Below, one piece after another: positions 20,124 through 38,067 of a DNA stretch of 64,000 nt. The translations under genes and the position numbers were made by a program. The stretch comes from the human T2T-CHM13v2.0 reference genome, Homo sapiens, in the NCBI RefSeq assembly GCF_009914755.1, contig NC_060935.1; one strand, 5' to 3'. How positions within the stretch are numbered: the first letter of the stretch is position 1; every line of letters starts with the position of its first letter. The notes under the pieces were generated by a model. The model did no database searches, had not been told where the DNA came from, and worked only from the letters and a program-made list of their open reading frames with translations.

Positions 20124-22135
20124 AAGTGAGGGCCTTGAGGGGGTGAGTTCAGAGACCATTAGATATTAAGCCACACAAGTGATGGTGCCAAGAGGTGGTT
20201 CCACTGAAACGATTCCCCCCACACCCCCATTAAATGCCATTAGTTACCCCCTGCAGTCTCTCCACATCAACATACAACTTAAGTTACAATTAAACTAATT
20301 CCCAAATTCCCAGCCCCTGATTTCCAGTAAGATTGTTCCCTCTATAGAAATCCATTCCTACCACAGGCCCCTACCCACCCCAAAGCCTCAGAGCAGGATT
20401 ATACTGTTTAACGATTCCATATCCCACAGGGCAAACATGGTGCCCAGTAGGCATGCTATGTTTGTCGGACTGAACAAAGTTTTGTGCATTGGTCTTGCTT
20501 CTGCCTAGTCCTGCCTCATGAACCTTTTGAATCTTTCAAAAAACTGTCTTTCAAATATTTGAAGAAACCATCAAGTTTTATCTGAATATTCTCCAGTACG
20601 AAATTTCCAACCCCTTCAACTGTACTGTGTGTGGCATTCATTCACTCATTCATTTAGTAATTTCATGCTCTGGGCTAATTACTGTGACAATGTGATTCAA
20701 ATAACTGAGGTTCAATGTGAACCATGGGTGACAGAAAACTAGACTCACAATAGTGGAGTTGGTTTTTACATTTCATTAAATGGACAATTTAAAATGTAAA
20801 TAGAACAGGAAGGTCAAGTAAAAGTCAGAAAGCCCCCCAGAATTACCCTTCTCTGATGTCTGAGTGTTGTGTAGGTAGTTTTGAAATTCAGAGTAGTTAC
20901 ATCCCACTTTATATGATCCAATCTGCTTGGAACACACACCTTGTTTCCCATAGTCAGAAACAATGGTACATATAGAGGTGAATCCTCCCTATACCCTGAA
21001 AATCCAGCAAAGAGAGAAATCCATACTGAAGCTAACATGCTGTACATTTGCCACTGAATATTGTGAGGTATTCTGTGGCCACAGTTGCGACGATTAAACA
21101 AAACAGGAAAGCAACACAAGTTAATAAGGAAATTTTTACTTATTTTGCTGGTCCTTGAGGATAAGCAGATATTGTTCATTTATTCATTCATTCAAAAACC
21201 ACATATTGGGTTTATTTAGAAAAGAAGGAAAAACTAGTTGACTATATCTGCAGGGCTTCTAAAAGGGACTTGTGGACATCTCAAGGTACTCAGAGAGTAA
21301 TGCAATTAAATTACATGTGATTTCTCTTCTGAATGCCCTGTTCTCTCTTCCTCAATACAGGTCTAACACCAGCAATATTTACACACCGAAGGCATGAGTA
21401 TGGCCACTTGGGGGGCTGTGATATTGTTATTGAGGAGTTTTCCAGAGATAACTAGACAAGAGCTAGAAAACAATGGAAGGAACTTTAGAAGCTCACAGGT
21501 ATGTAACTGAACTAAAACAATTAACTGTGTACTGGAAAAGAAAAGAGGAATTTATTAAGTATCTACTTGTGCCAATAAACAAGACAGATATTATTTTCAT
21601 AATTCTACATGAGACAAAAGAAAGGAGGTGATAGGGAGGAGATCTGAGTCAGCATATTCTGTGTTGGCCTTCACAAGTTCCTGTCATCTAGGATGTCTCA
21701 TTTGATTTCAGAGAAAGATCTAGGTAAGGGAGGGAAGAGTGACCTTCCCCATTGGCATCAGAGGTACCAGAAGCAACACCTACCACTGCCTCTGTGAGTT
21801 AAGGATGCCTGATCTGGGCAGCCAAACTATATATACCTCCAAATGTAGATCCAAAAGAATCTATACACCTTGACCAAAACGTAATTTTTTAGAATAATTG
21901 CATAAATTCTCAAGAGAAGAAAAATAAAAAATAACTACTAACAACCATTGTGTTCTTCCCCACTTCATACCGCAGGATAATCCGGCATTGTTCACCCTGT
22001 GTAAAGGCTCTATGGTGGATCCATCAGGCTATCAGTCAGGTCTTTGTTGAGCTCCTTGGAAATGCACAATAGAAAACTATCCCTCAGGGAGCTTACAATC
22101 AAATAGGGAAGTAGATGTTATTAAATAAGAAACAA

Positions 22136-22430
22136 GGCAGGGCACAGTGGCTCATGCCTGTAATCCCAACACTTTGAGAGGCCGAGGCAGAAGGATCACT
22201 TGAGCCCAGGAATTCAAGACCAGCCTAATCAACATAGGGAGTGTGTACAAATGATTTAAAAATTAGTTGGGCACCATGGCTTGCACCTGTGGTTTCAGCT
22301 ACTAGGGAGGCTGAGGTAGAAGGATCGCTTGAGCTTGAGAGGTCAAGGCTGCAGTGAGCTGTCATCTTGCTCACTCTCTTGCCCAGGTCTCAGAGCAAGA
22401 TCCTGTCTCCAAAATAATAATAATAATAAA
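22136..22430 (+). mobile_element. AluJ within an L2-like remnant
   Basis: Diverged Alu with (AAT)n tail. Confidence 0.88.
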
Positions 22431-22873
22431 CAACTTGAAATAATTAAATTATTACAGGTGTGGAAAGGGAAGATCTCAGTTTCAATGGAGCATTGGATCT
22501 ATACAAGTCAAGAGGCAAAAAGTGGGCTTTGCTGAAGACTGATGCTAAAGCTGAATTCTGGACAATGAGTAGCAATGAGCCATGTAAAGAAAAGGAAGTG
22601 AGTAGGTCCTGAGGCAAAACAGAGTTTGCCACTTTTGAGGAACTGTGAGAGAACTGTTGTTCCCAGTGGGAGAACACTAAGAATGAAATTGGCTCAAAAT
22701 GAGGCTGGAGATGTAGGCTTAGATTACATAGGTTGGCCAGCATAGGAATTTTAGATTTCATTTTAAAAATCAATGGGGAATCATTAAATTGCTTTAAGTT
22801 AGAGAGGAGGAATAGCTGCAGAGCAAATTTCCATTTTTTAAAGATTATTTTATGGGTAAGACTTCCAGAATAG

Positions 22874-23800
22874 CCACCACCATCCCCCCATCACCACATA
22901 ACCCCCCCCACCACCTCCCCCCACCATACTCCCACATTCCCCCCATATCCCCCACCACAACATCCCCACCACCACCACATACCCACCACATCCCCCCAAT
23001 CACCACATCCCCCCCACCACCACATCCCCCCCACCACATCCCCCCCACCACATCCCCCCCACCACCACATCCCCCCCACCACCACATCCCCCCCACCACC
23101 ACATCCCCCCCACCACATCCCCCCCACCACCACATCCCCCCCACCACCACATCCCCCCCACCACCACATCCCCCCCACCACATCCCCCCCACCACCACAT
23201 CCCCCCACCACATCCCCCCGACCACCACCACCACCACCACATCCCCCCACCACCTCCACATCCCCCCCACCACCTCCACATCCCCCCCACCACCTCCACA
23301 TCACCCCCACCACCTCCACATCCCCCCCACCACCTCCACATCACCCCCACCACCTCCACATCATCCCCACCACCTCCACATCATCCCCACCACCACATCC
23401 CCCCCAGCACCACCACCACATCCCCCCCACCACCACCACATCCCCCCCACCACCTCCACATCCCCCCCACCACCTCCACATCCCCCCCACCACCTCCACA
23501 TCCCCCCCAGCACCACCACCACATCCCCCCCACCACCACCACATCCCCCCCACCACCTCCACATCCCCCCCACCACCTCCACATCCCCCCCACCACCTCC
23601 ACATCCCCCCCACCACCTCCACATCCCCCCCAGCACCACCACATCCCCCCCACCACCTCCACATCATCCCCACCACCACATCCCCCCCAGCACCACCACC
23701 ACATCCCCCCCACCACCACCACATCCCCCCCCACCACCACCACCACATCCCCCCCACACCACATCCCCCCCACCACCATATCCCTGATACCACCACCATC
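22874..23800. repeat. C-rich VNTR, ~17-23 bp units (CCACCACATC6-8 and CCACCTCCACATC7A variants)
   Basis: Direct tandem periodicity; clean 20-bp period at 23251-23390. Confidence 0.97.
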
Positions 23801-24214
23801 TCTGGATCATGGAAGCTGTATTCTAGGCAGACACATCCGAGATGACCAGGGTACTCTTTCTCCACCCAGCCCTCAGTCATAGGATAGAAACTACCTCAGG
23901 CATGGCAAGCTGCAAACACTGGCAGTCCAATAGCTCTCTGCCCACATTCCATGTGCTCTTAGGAGAGTTTCCATGCCAGGAAGGTCAAGCCAAGTAGACA
24001 AGGGATTACCATCCACCCACCCCAACCCTATTCATAGAGCAAGGGTGTCACATCGATAAGTAGGTCTCCACCCCCAACTCCAGTGCATAGCACAGGGTCT
24101 CTGCCCAGAGGAGAGGCAGGCCATGAGATGAAGAGCTCTGCGGCTCTGCCTGAGGGGACCAGCTGTTTGGAACACAGAGTGGAGAATTCCAGGCCTAAGA
24201 ATGCTGTGCATCAT

Positions 24215-24239
24215 GGACAACATGGGGAAAACCCAGCTC

Positions 24240-24288
<49 letters not shown>

Positions 24289-24478
24289 ATACAAAAATTA
24301 GCCTGTGTGGTGGTGCATGCCTGTAATCCCAGCTACTCAGGAGGCTGAGGTGGGAAGATCACCTGAGTGTGGGGAGGTCGTGGCTGCAGTGAGCAGTGAT
24401 CATGCTACTGCACACTGCACTCCAGCCAGGGCAACAGAGCAAGCCCCTGTGTAAAAAAGAAAAACAAAAAACAACAAC
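24215..24478 (+). mobile_element. 5'-truncated AluJ with ~(AAAT)12 expanded in the middle linker
   Basis: Alu right arm preceded by (AAAT)n at 24243-24290. Confidence 0.88.
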
Positions 24479-26486
24479 GCTGTGGAAAACCATAAAGATC
24501 AGGTGGAGAATAATTAAGAGGAGGCTGGTAGCTCCGTTATACAAGCAAAACAGCAGAACAGAAGTTTAATAGAACCAGGGAAAGACAGCTAAAAAGAGGC
24601 CTGGTAGGATCACAGTCAACTCTAGGGGTCAAAAGGGTTGTGTGCAAGCACGAGGCTGCCCCCACACAGGAGCAATTGGAGCAGACGTGGGGGCGGACTT
24701 GAAAGCATTCCCCAAGCCTCACAGACTCATCAACACAAGGTGAAGCTTTACTGGAACAAGGAACTTAAACAGAACATCTGACAAAACACTAAGTGAACAA
24801 TAAGCCACTCTGCCCCAAGAGGCAACTCCTATGAAGCCAAGCTTAAAAAAAAAATCACACTCAGCCCTGGCAGTCTAGAAGACTGTGTGCACACACAAGG
24901 CCGCTTCCTCTCAGGAGCAGTCAGAGAGGAAACTTCCAAGTTACTAGTCCCCGGCTGAATCTGGAACAAAAATGTAAACTTCCTGCCCTATGATAGCTGA
25001 CTGCACACCACACATACATCCAACAGTAAAAGGTAAAAATTTCACTGGTGACTTCCAGTTTCCAGTCTAGCACGTAAGAAGCTTGGAAGTCACCATTTCA
25101 TTGTAACAATTAAAAAGCTAAGCACACAGAAAAACCTACTCTTCTTAGATCAGAGAAAGAAGTGAGATTAAGGTGCAAACCTCTGCCCCCCAAAAATTGG
25201 AAAGACTGACCGGTGAGTACAGAGAATCACAACTTACCACAGCAGAAACCACATGCGGAAACTTCCTCAGAACCAATGCTGGGGTACAGAAATCTGAACT
25301 GTAGCTGATAAATTGCTGGAGATAAAAACTCCATGGGGTCCCAGTCATCAGGGACCCTACACTTTAGTGGGTTTTAACTGCTAGAATCCACAGGGTCTCA
25401 CAGTGATTTTGGGGAAAAATCTCCTCGTGCTGCTAGCAGAAGAGAGGAGAAAAGGGAACCATTTTGAAGTACACCAGTGCATTTTATTCTTCTTAACAAG
25501 GTCTGCCCTCAGGAGAAAGTAGTTAACTGGAGCCAAACCAGCTGGAGTTTTATCAGCACCTAACATGGAGGAAGGGAAATACCCAAATCTATTACAGCTG
25601 GTTGTAGCCTTCCACGTGAAGGAAGAAAAATACCTAACTCTAGCCCCTTCTAGATTTCCATGTGAGAGAAGGGAAATGCTTAACTCCAGCCCACTCTTGT
25701 TATTCTGCTCCGCCTGGGCTGGGAGGTGCCGAGAAGCACATGTGAAGTTCACAGTCCAGAGGCACAGGATCACTAAAACACTGAAAACTACCTATGGGCC
25801 TGTAGAACACCTCTCCACCCCACAATACCTTACCACCACATTACTGAAGGCCTGTTTAGGGCGGTTCCTTTTACCTAGAACATCATCTCCAGCCATCATG
25901 AAGAAATTATGAGGCATACTCTAAAACAAAGAACACAGTTCGAAGAAACAAAGCAAGCATCAGAGCCAGACTCAAATATGGCAAGAATATTGGAATTATC
26001 AGACCAGGAATTTAAAACAAATATCATTAATATGCTAAGGGCTCTAATGGATAAAGTTGGCAGAACACAGTAACAGATGGTCAATATAAGTAGAGAGGTG
26101 GAAATTCAAAGAAAAAAATGCTAGAGATCAAAAACAACAAGAGAAATGAAGACTGCTTTGGTGGGGTTATTAGTAGACTGGACACAGCTGAGGAAAGAGT
26201 CACTGCGCTTAAGGATATCTCAGTTGAAACCTCCAAAGTCGAAAATCAAATAGGAAAAAAAGACTAGAAAAAAACAGAACAGAATATCTAAAAACTGTGA
26301 GACAATTACAAAAGGTGTAAATATACATAATGAGAACACTAGAAGGAGAAGAAAAAAGGAACAAAAAATTATTTTTAAAAGGATAATTATTTTAAATATT
26401 TGAAAAAATAATGACTCAGAATTTCTGCAAATTAATGTCAGACACCAAACCACAGATACAGGAAACTCAGAGAACATCAAGCATCA

Positions 26487-26874
<388 letters not shown>

Positions 26875-27646
26875 GTAGAGAAAATGAACACCTTATCTAC
26901 ATAGAAGCAAAGATAAGAATTACATCCAACTTATCCTCAGAAAGCATGCAAGCAAAAAGAGAACAGAGTGAAATACTTCAAGCGTTGAAAGTAAAAAACC
27001 ACCAACCTAGAATGCTGTACCCTGAAAAATTATCTTTCAAAAATGAAGGAGAAATACAGGCTTGCAGACCAAAAAAAAAAAAAATTTGAAGGAATTCGTT
27101 ACCAGTACACCTGAGTTTCAAAAAATATTACAAGAGTTTCTTTAGAGAGAAGGGAAATGATATAGGTGAGAAGCTTGAATCTATATAAACAAGGAACAGA
27201 AGAGAAGGCATACGTGAAGATAAAATAAAAACTATTATTTTTCTAATTCTTAATTGATCTAACAGACAAGTTTATTTAAAATAATAATACCAACAATGTA
27301 TTTAATTATATATATTTTTTCACTAATATGCTTATGTATAAGTGAATGACAGCAGTGATACAAGGTACAGGAGGGAGGAATTGGGATGATTTTGTTATAA
27401 GGTACTCACATTACCCATGAAGTGGTATAGTGTTGTTTGAAAGCGAACATGGAATAGTTGTGAACATAAATTACAAACACTAGAAAAGAAGCAGAGGGGC
27501 AAGAAAATAAGAAGAAGTAAAATTGATACTCTAAGAAAGGAGAGAAAATGAAATTATAGATAATGCTCTCTTAAAACCACAAGAGGAAGAAAAAAAGACA
27601 AAAATAGGAACATAGAACAAGGGCAACAATGGAAAACCGTTTTTTA

Positions 27647-27975
<329 letters not shown>

Positions 27976-28797
27976 TCAATGAAATTGAAATTGGAAATCA
28001 ATAGAGAAGATTGATAAAATCAAAAGCTGTTTCTTTGAAAAGATCAACAAAACCAATGTCTCTAGCCATGCAAGCTAATTTAAAAAAAAAAAGAGAGAGA
28101 GAAAATACAAATTGCTAATATCAGAAACAGAAGAGGGAACATCACTATAAACATTAAAAGAATAATTTTTAAAATACTATAAACAACTCTATGCTAATAA
28201 ATTTGATAACCTAGATGAAATAGACCAATTCCTTGAAATACAATCTTCCAAACTCACACAAGAGTAAATTGACAATCTCAATAGGCCTATATCTATTAAA
28301 GAAATTGAATCAATAGCTTTCCAAAACAGAAAGGACCAGGCCCAGATGGGTTCACTGGTTAATTCTACCAAACATTTAAGGAAGAAATCCTTCCAACTCT
28401 CTACAATCTCATTCAGAAGATAGAAGCAGAGGGAATATTCCCTAGCTCATTCTATGAGGCCAGCATTACTCAATTCCAAAAACAGATGAAGACATTACTA
28501 AAATTAAAAAACTCATAGATCAATGCTTCTCATGACTACAGAAGCAAAAATTTTCTACAAAATATTAGCAAATTACATCAAAAAATTTATAAAAAGAATT
28601 ATGCCTCAAGACCTAGTGGGATTTATTAAAGGTATTTAAAACATATTCAGTATTCAAAAATCAATTAATATAATCCATCATATCATTAGGTTAAAGAAGA
28701 AAAATCATATGATTATATCAAGAGATGCAGAAAAACCACTTGACAAAATCCAACACCCATTCATAATAAATACTCTCAGTTAACTAGGAATAGAGGG

Positions 28798-29264
28798 TGC
28801 TACAGTTTGGATGTTTGTTCCCTTCAAATCTTATGTTCAAATTTGGCCCCCAGTGTGGTGGTGTTGACAGGTAGAGCCTAACAGGAGGTGGATGGGTCAT
28901 GGGGGTGGGCCCGTAATGAATAGATTAATGCCCTCCTTTGTTGGGGAAGGAGTGGAGTTAGTGAGTGAGTTCTTGCACTATTAGTTGCCATAAGAGCTGA
29001 TTATTAAAAAACAAACCAACAAACAAACAAAAATCTAGCATTTTCCCTTTCTCTTGCTTCCTCTCTCACCATATGATCACTGAACACATTGGCTTGCCTT
29101 CACCTCCTGCCATGAGTTGAAGCAGCCTGAATCCTTCACCAGAAGCAGATGCTGATGCTATGCTTATTTTACAGCATGAAGAACTGTGACGCAAATAAAC
29201 CTCTTTTCTTTATAAGCTACACAGCCTCCGGTATTCCTTTATAGCAACACTAAATGGACTAAGA
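28798..29264 (+). mobile_element. MaLR solo LTR (MST/MLT1A-like) inside L1 ORF2
   Basis: tgctacagtttggatgtttg...aataaacctcttttctttata...ggactaaga; L1 resumes on both sides. Confidence 0.85.
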
Positions 29265-29720
29265 AGGGAACTTCCCACCTTGCTAAAGAATATTTACAAA
29301 AAATTACTGCAGTTAACAGCATACTTAATGGTAAGTAACTTAAAATTTTCTGAATAAGATCAGAAACATGGAAAGAATGTTTCCTCTCATCATTAATTTT
29401 GAATATTGCACCGGAAGTTTCAGCCAATACAATAAGATTTAAAAATAAATAAATAAATAAAAGGGTTACAGATAGGGAAGAAAGAAAGAAAACAGGGGAC
29501 ATGATTATCTATGTAGAAAATCCAAAAAAATTCATTTAATAACTGGAAATAATAAGTGAACACAGCAATGTTATAGGATACAAGATTAATATACAAACGC
29601 CAATCACTTTTTATATATACCAGCAATAAACAGGTGGGATTTGCAAGTAAAAATACAATGCCATTTACCTTAGAACCAAGAGCAATGAAGTACTTAGGCA
29701 TAAATCTAACAAAATATGTA

Positions 29721-29787
29721 TTTAGGATGGTGCAAAGATAATTGTGGTTTTTGCAATTATTTTAATGGCAAAAACTGCAATTTCTTT
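29721..29787. mobile_element. MADE1 (Hsmar1-derived MITE), right end disrupted by an Alu
   Basis: ttaggatggtgcaaagataattgtggtttttgcaattattttaatggcaaaaactgcaatt matches the palindromic MADE1 pattern. Confidence 0.85.
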
Positions 29788-30143
<356 letters not shown>

Positions 30144-30454
30144 TGATATGAGAAAAGTTACAAAACTCCGATGAAAGAAGGACTAAATAAATGGAGGGAG
30201 ATTCCATGTTCATGAATAGGAAGATTCAGTTATATTAATAGAGACGTTGTGAAAAGGAATCAAATAATAGCAAGATACTACTTTTTAATTCAAATTCAAA
30301 AAATACCTTTATAGAATTTCTAAAAATACAAAACAGTCCCTGAAATTAAAAACACAAGATACAGTGGGCTGCCTAAAGATCATATTAGATACTTCCAAGC
30401 TAGAAGACAAGGCTAAGATTGTAAAAGGAATGAAGTCTTAAAAAGAAAAATTGG

Positions 30455-30574
30455 GCCTGGTGCAGTGGCTCAGACCTGTAATTCCAGCACTTTGGGAGGC
30501 CTGGGTAGGTGGACTGTTTGAGCTCAGATGTTTGAGACCAGCCTGGGCGACATGACAAAACCCCATCTCTACAT

Positions 30575-30622
<48 letters not shown>

Positions 30623-30752
30623 CTGGGCATGGTGGCTCATGCCTGTAGTCCCAGCTACTTGGGGGACTGAGGTGGAAGGATCAATTGAGCCTTGGAGGTC
30701 AAGACTGCAGTGCACCATGATCACACCACTGCACTCCAGCCTGGGAGACAGA
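30455..30752 (+). mobile_element. AluJ with ~(CA)20 in the linker
   Basis: Alu arms flanking a CA repeat at 30578-30618. Confidence 0.9.
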
Positions 30753-30926
30753 CTAGCCCCACAACTTCCAAACCTGATGAAATATGTTAAAACAGATTTA
30801 AAGACTTCTTTGAACCCCAAGTTGGATAAATATAAAAAAAAACTATATACAGGTTTATTATAGTCAACCTGCTGAAAATCAAATGCAAAGAGTAAAATAA
30901 ACATAGGAAAAAGCACATTGCCTTCA

Positions 30927-31293
<367 letters not shown>

Positions 31294-31533
31294 CTAAGAA
31301 AATGTGTCACCAGAAGCCTTGTACTGTAAGAAATACTTAAGGGAATTCTTCATACTAAATGAAAATGATCCCAGTCAGAAGCATTTAACTATAAATATGT
31401 AGATAAAATAAATAAATTTTTACTGTTTAAAAACACTAGTAACAATGCCAGGTAGGGATTAATACATAGGTAGTAATAAAATGTGACAATAACATAAAGT
31501 GTATGATGGATATAAATGGAACCAAACTTGTAA

Positions 31534-31830
<297 letters not shown>

Positions 31831-32164
31831 AACTTGTAAATTTTTGGCATAGTTCAGAAAGTGGCAAAAGTATTCATTTAAGGTAGGCTTTAATAAATCA
31901 AGGAATATGTTGTCATTTATTTGGTAACCACTAAATGATTAATAAAAGTATACATTACTCGAAGACCAAAACAGAAGAAAAAGGTCATAAGAAAAATATT
32001 TTGTTAATCCAAAAGAGAGTAAGGGAGGAGCAAGGAAGAAACAAAGGAATAGAATGAACAAATAGAAAATGAACAGAAGGACAGTAGACCCAAACTCAAT
32101 TGTATCATTAAGTATAAACATTAAATATAAATGGGTGAATCACTGCAATTAAAAGATAAATACT

Positions 32165-32899
<735 letters not shown>

Positions 32900-34275
32900 C
32901 TATAAATGTCTATAAAGTCAAGTTGATTAATTGTACTTTTCAAATCTTTTATATCCTTAGTGAGTTTTTATCTGCTTGTTCTATCATTTCCTATAAGAGC
33001 TGATACCAAAGTTTTCAACTGTAATTGCGGATTTGCACAGTTCTCCTTTTACTTCCATTAATTTTTGCTTTTATATTTTGATACTGTCATTAAGTGCATA
33101 AATGTGCATATATACATAAGTGTATATATATGTTCATACATATATAAAAACAAAATAAGACACTAATGAAAGAAATATTACTAAAGTTAAAGAGATTTCA
33201 TGTAATAAAAAGAAATTGGAAGATTCAACAACTTTTAAGCTGGAAATTTTAACAAGTACTTTGAATAGCAAAAATATAGACTATATTTGTTGAACATAGT
33301 AGATTTCAACTATAAATAAAATGTTAAAAGATTCCTAGAATCCTTAGATATTTTGAGATTGGTCACTTAATTTTGAATAGCCCATGGGTCATAGAATTAA
33401 TCATAATGAATATCAGAAAATATTTTAAACTGAACAAACAGCAAAAAATTTGCTACATATAAAAATGTGTAAGAAGCAGTTACAGCAGTGCCTAGAGAGA
33501 AATGTAAAACGTTCAATGTATGTATGAGAAAAAGGAGAATGATTGAAAATAGATTATGAAAGTCTCCAATTTAGGCTAAAAAAAAAACAGGAAACAACCC
33601 AAATAAACTAGGATAGATAAGATCTGAAAACAATGAAAGAGAAAGCGAATATACAATATAGAAACTTAACAAACAAAGCCTAGAGTGGTTCTTTGAAGAT
33701 ATTATTAAAATCAATAAATACATAGAAAAATTGATGAAAATAAGGGAGAGAGCACAAATTATGAATTTCAAGAATTCTACAGATAAAAAGATAAAATGAT
33801 ATTATTAAATAATTTAGGGTAATATTTTGACAATTGGGATAAAATAAAATAAATTATTGCACAAATAAAAATATTGAAATAAAAAATACAAATTCTCAAT
33901 AGTTCCATATCTACAAAATAAATTACATTTGTAATTTATAAACTTTCTCCAGAGAAACCCTCAAACTTAAATGTTCTCACTCTTGAGCTCTTCTAAATAT
34001 ATAATTGAAAAATTATTAATTTTACAGAAGCTCTTTGAGATCATAAAAATTTGACAGCATTTCCCAATTCATTTTATGAGTTAGCCTAATCTTGATACCA
34101 AAACCCAAAGAGGACATTCTAAGAAAGGAAAATTATAGATTACCATCTCTCATGAATCTAAACACAGTAATTCTATATTTAAAAATCCAGGGTTATGTAA
34201 AAAGAGTAATATATAATGACCAATGGGCTTTTTCCACTAATGCAAGTATATTCATTATCTATTACTGCATAATAA

Positions 34276-34589
<314 letters not shown>

Positions 34590-34599
34590 ACTTCAATTT

Positions 34600-34830
34600 T
34601 CATGGTTTAAACAAAAAATATTTATTATCTCACAGTTTCCGTGGGTCAGAAGTTTGATAGTTGCTCAGAAAGGTAGATTTGGCTCTCAGGGTCTCTCATG
34701 AGGTTGCAGTTAAGATGTCAGCTGAGGCTGCAGTCATCTGAAGGTCTGAAGAGAACCAGATAGTTTTGCTCCCAAGATGGCTTACTTACATGGCTGTTGG
34801 CAGGAGGCTTCAGTTGCTTGACATGTGGGA
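34600..34830 (-). mobile_element. MLT1 LTR fragment
   Basis: tttattatctcacagtttccgtgggtcagaagtttg. Confidence 0.75.
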
Positions 34831-36023
34831 AAGGATGTATATTTTATGATTTTATTTACATAGAATTTCTAGAAATGACAAAATTATACAAACAGAACAA
34901 ACAGAAAACATTTCAGAGATTGCCTGGGGATTCGAAAAATAAGAGCAATGAACTGCATAGGGGAATAATAAGGAAAATTTTGGTGTGATAGCTTGTGATA
35001 GTAATTGCACAACGGGATAAATTTACAAAAACTCATCAAACTGTACACTTGAAGTTGGTGAATTTAAGATATGTAAAACACGCCTCAATAAATTTGTTAA
35101 AACATCAATCAGTATAATTCACCACATGAACAAAATAAATGAGAGTCTTACAAGTGTCTTACGAGATGCAGAAAAAGTATTTGATAACATTTAGCTCTCA
35201 TAAACAATAAAGTCTTACAGTAGATTAGAAATAGAAGAGAACTTTCTTAATCTGCTGAAAAGGTTGTTACCAAAAAAAAAAAAAAAAGCTAAAATTTAAA
35301 AAGGCTAACAACAAATGCTGTGGAGGATATAAAACATTTGGTACTCATATATTGCTTGTGGTAATAGAAAACAGCTCTATCATTATAATAAACTTTTGAA
35401 GTTTCTTATAAAGTTAAACAGACTTAATCTATGACCCAACAGTTCCTATCCTAGGGATTAACCCAAGAGAAATTAAAACTTAAGTTCACAAAAGGACTTG
35501 TATGGAAATATTTATAACAGCTTTATTTATAATAGCCCCAAACTAGAAACAGCTTAAATGTTCATCAAACAGGAGAGTGAATAAAAATTTATGTCATGCT
35601 AAAAATATTTTGCTCAGCAAAGAAGCCAAACACAAAATAATTCATGCTTTATGATTCCATGTATGTGAAATTTTAGAACAGCAAAACAAAAACATTAATA
35701 GAAATCAGCATAATGTTTGTGTATGTGGTGTGAGTAGTGACTAGAAGGAAGCAAGATAAAATTTGGGAGAATGTAGAAATGTTTTGTATGTTGATTGAGT
35801 TACTGGTTACAAGGATATACTAACATTCATAAGATCTGTTCATTTTTACGTATGTAAATTTTACCTGGATTTAAAACTCCTCAAAAATTTTATTTAAACA
35901 TTTGCTACCTTCTCAATTCCATATTCAAAAGTAGGTTATGTTGCTTTTTCTTTGTTAATTATACTTTACAACATGCCTCTAAGTTCACAGTACCAAGTCT
36001 TAATAACTTATGTGGGACTAAAG

Positions 36024-36533
36024 CAGTGGTCCCCAACCTTTTTGGCACCAGGGACCTGTTTTGTGGAAAATATTTTTTCCACAGACCAAGGTAGGGGGAT
36101 GGTTTTGAGATGATTCAAGCACATTACATTTATTGTGCACTTTATTTCTATTATTTTACAATGTAATATATAATAAAATAATTATAAACACCATAATGTA
36201 GAAACAGTGGGAGCCCTGAGCTTGTTTTCCTGCAACTAGATGGTCCCATCTTGGGGTGATGGGAGATAGTGACAGATCATCAGGCATTGGATTCTCAGAA
36301 GAAGCGTGCAACCTAGATCCTTCACACGCACAGTTCACAATAGGGTTCGCACTCCTATGAGAATCTAATGCCGCCACTGATCTGACAGGAGGTGGAGCTC
36401 ATGCAGTCATGCAAGCAATGGGGAACCACTGTAAATACAGACGAAGCTTCACTCGCTGGCTCACTGCTCACCTCCTGCTGTGCGACTCATTCCTAACAGG
36501 CCACATACCTCCACAGGTATGTGGAGACCCCTG
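36024..36533. mobile_element. MER1A-like hAT-Charlie DNA transposon
   Basis: TIRs cagtggtcccc...gagacccctg; 8-bp TSD GACTAAAG/GGCTAAAG. Confidence 0.9.
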
Positions 36534-37474
36534 GGCTAAAGGATGTTTTTAAAAAAATTAGTTCTGAATTTTGCACATGTAAAACAAAATAAAAGCCTAC
36601 AATATTCTATAGCTGAAATCCTACACAAAGGCAAAGTATTGAATATTCCCACTGATTTCATATAAGATAGGATATTCACTGTCACTGGTTTTATTCAGTT
36701 TTGTGCTGGAGATCTTAGCTCATATAATATGGCAAGAAAAATAAATAAAAATAAAGAATAGAAAAGATTAAAGAACTGAAACTGTCCTTATTTGCAGGAA
36801 TATGATTAAGTACATAAGAAATATAAATGACTATTGAAATACTTAAGTAAATTTAGCAAGTTTGTTGGATACAAAGTCAATACATAAACAATTTTATTTC
36901 TACATACTAATAATACTTATAAAATTAAGGAAATAATTTCATTTACAAACAAAAAGTATTAAATACATGAGAATAAATCTAATGGAAAATGTTTAAGATC
37001 TTTAAATTGAAAACTACCAAATATTTCTAAGAGAAATTTAGGAAGACATAAATAAAGAGTCAATATTCAAAAGTCAATGTGATTCACCATATTAATAGGC
37101 CAAAGAAGAAAAGCTGTATGACCATATCAACTGATGCAAAAAAAAATGCGCTTGACAAAATTTATTTTCTGTTTGTGATAAAAACACTCAGCAAACTAGA
37201 AAAAGGGGCCCCTTACCTTGATGAAGAGCATCTGCAAAAAAAAATAAAGCTAATATCACACTTAATGATTAAAGACTGAATGTGTTCCCTCTAAATTCCA
37301 GAACAAAACAAGGATATTAGCTCTTATCACTTTGGTTTGACATAGCACTGGAAGGCCTAGCCAGCATGATAAAATAAGAAAATGAAATAAAAGGCATATA
37401 AATTGAGAAGAAAAAAAAACTGTCCCTATTTACAAATGACATAACTATCTACATTAAAAAATCTCAAGGAATCT

Positions 37475-38067
<593 letters not shown>

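Noticed and set aside
22877-22889. Match to degenerate PRDM9 motif CCNCCNTNNCCNC
   Set aside because: Trivial in C-rich sequence; the main repeat units do not fit
22874-23800. CRISPR-like array
   Set aside because: Contiguous tandem units without unique spacers, no cas genes, eukaryotic DNA
22845-23880. 311-aa Pro/His/Thr-rich ORF and Gly/Trp/Val-rich antisense ORFs
   Set aside because: They are translations of the VNTR; the base composition almost precludes stop codons and there is no gene context
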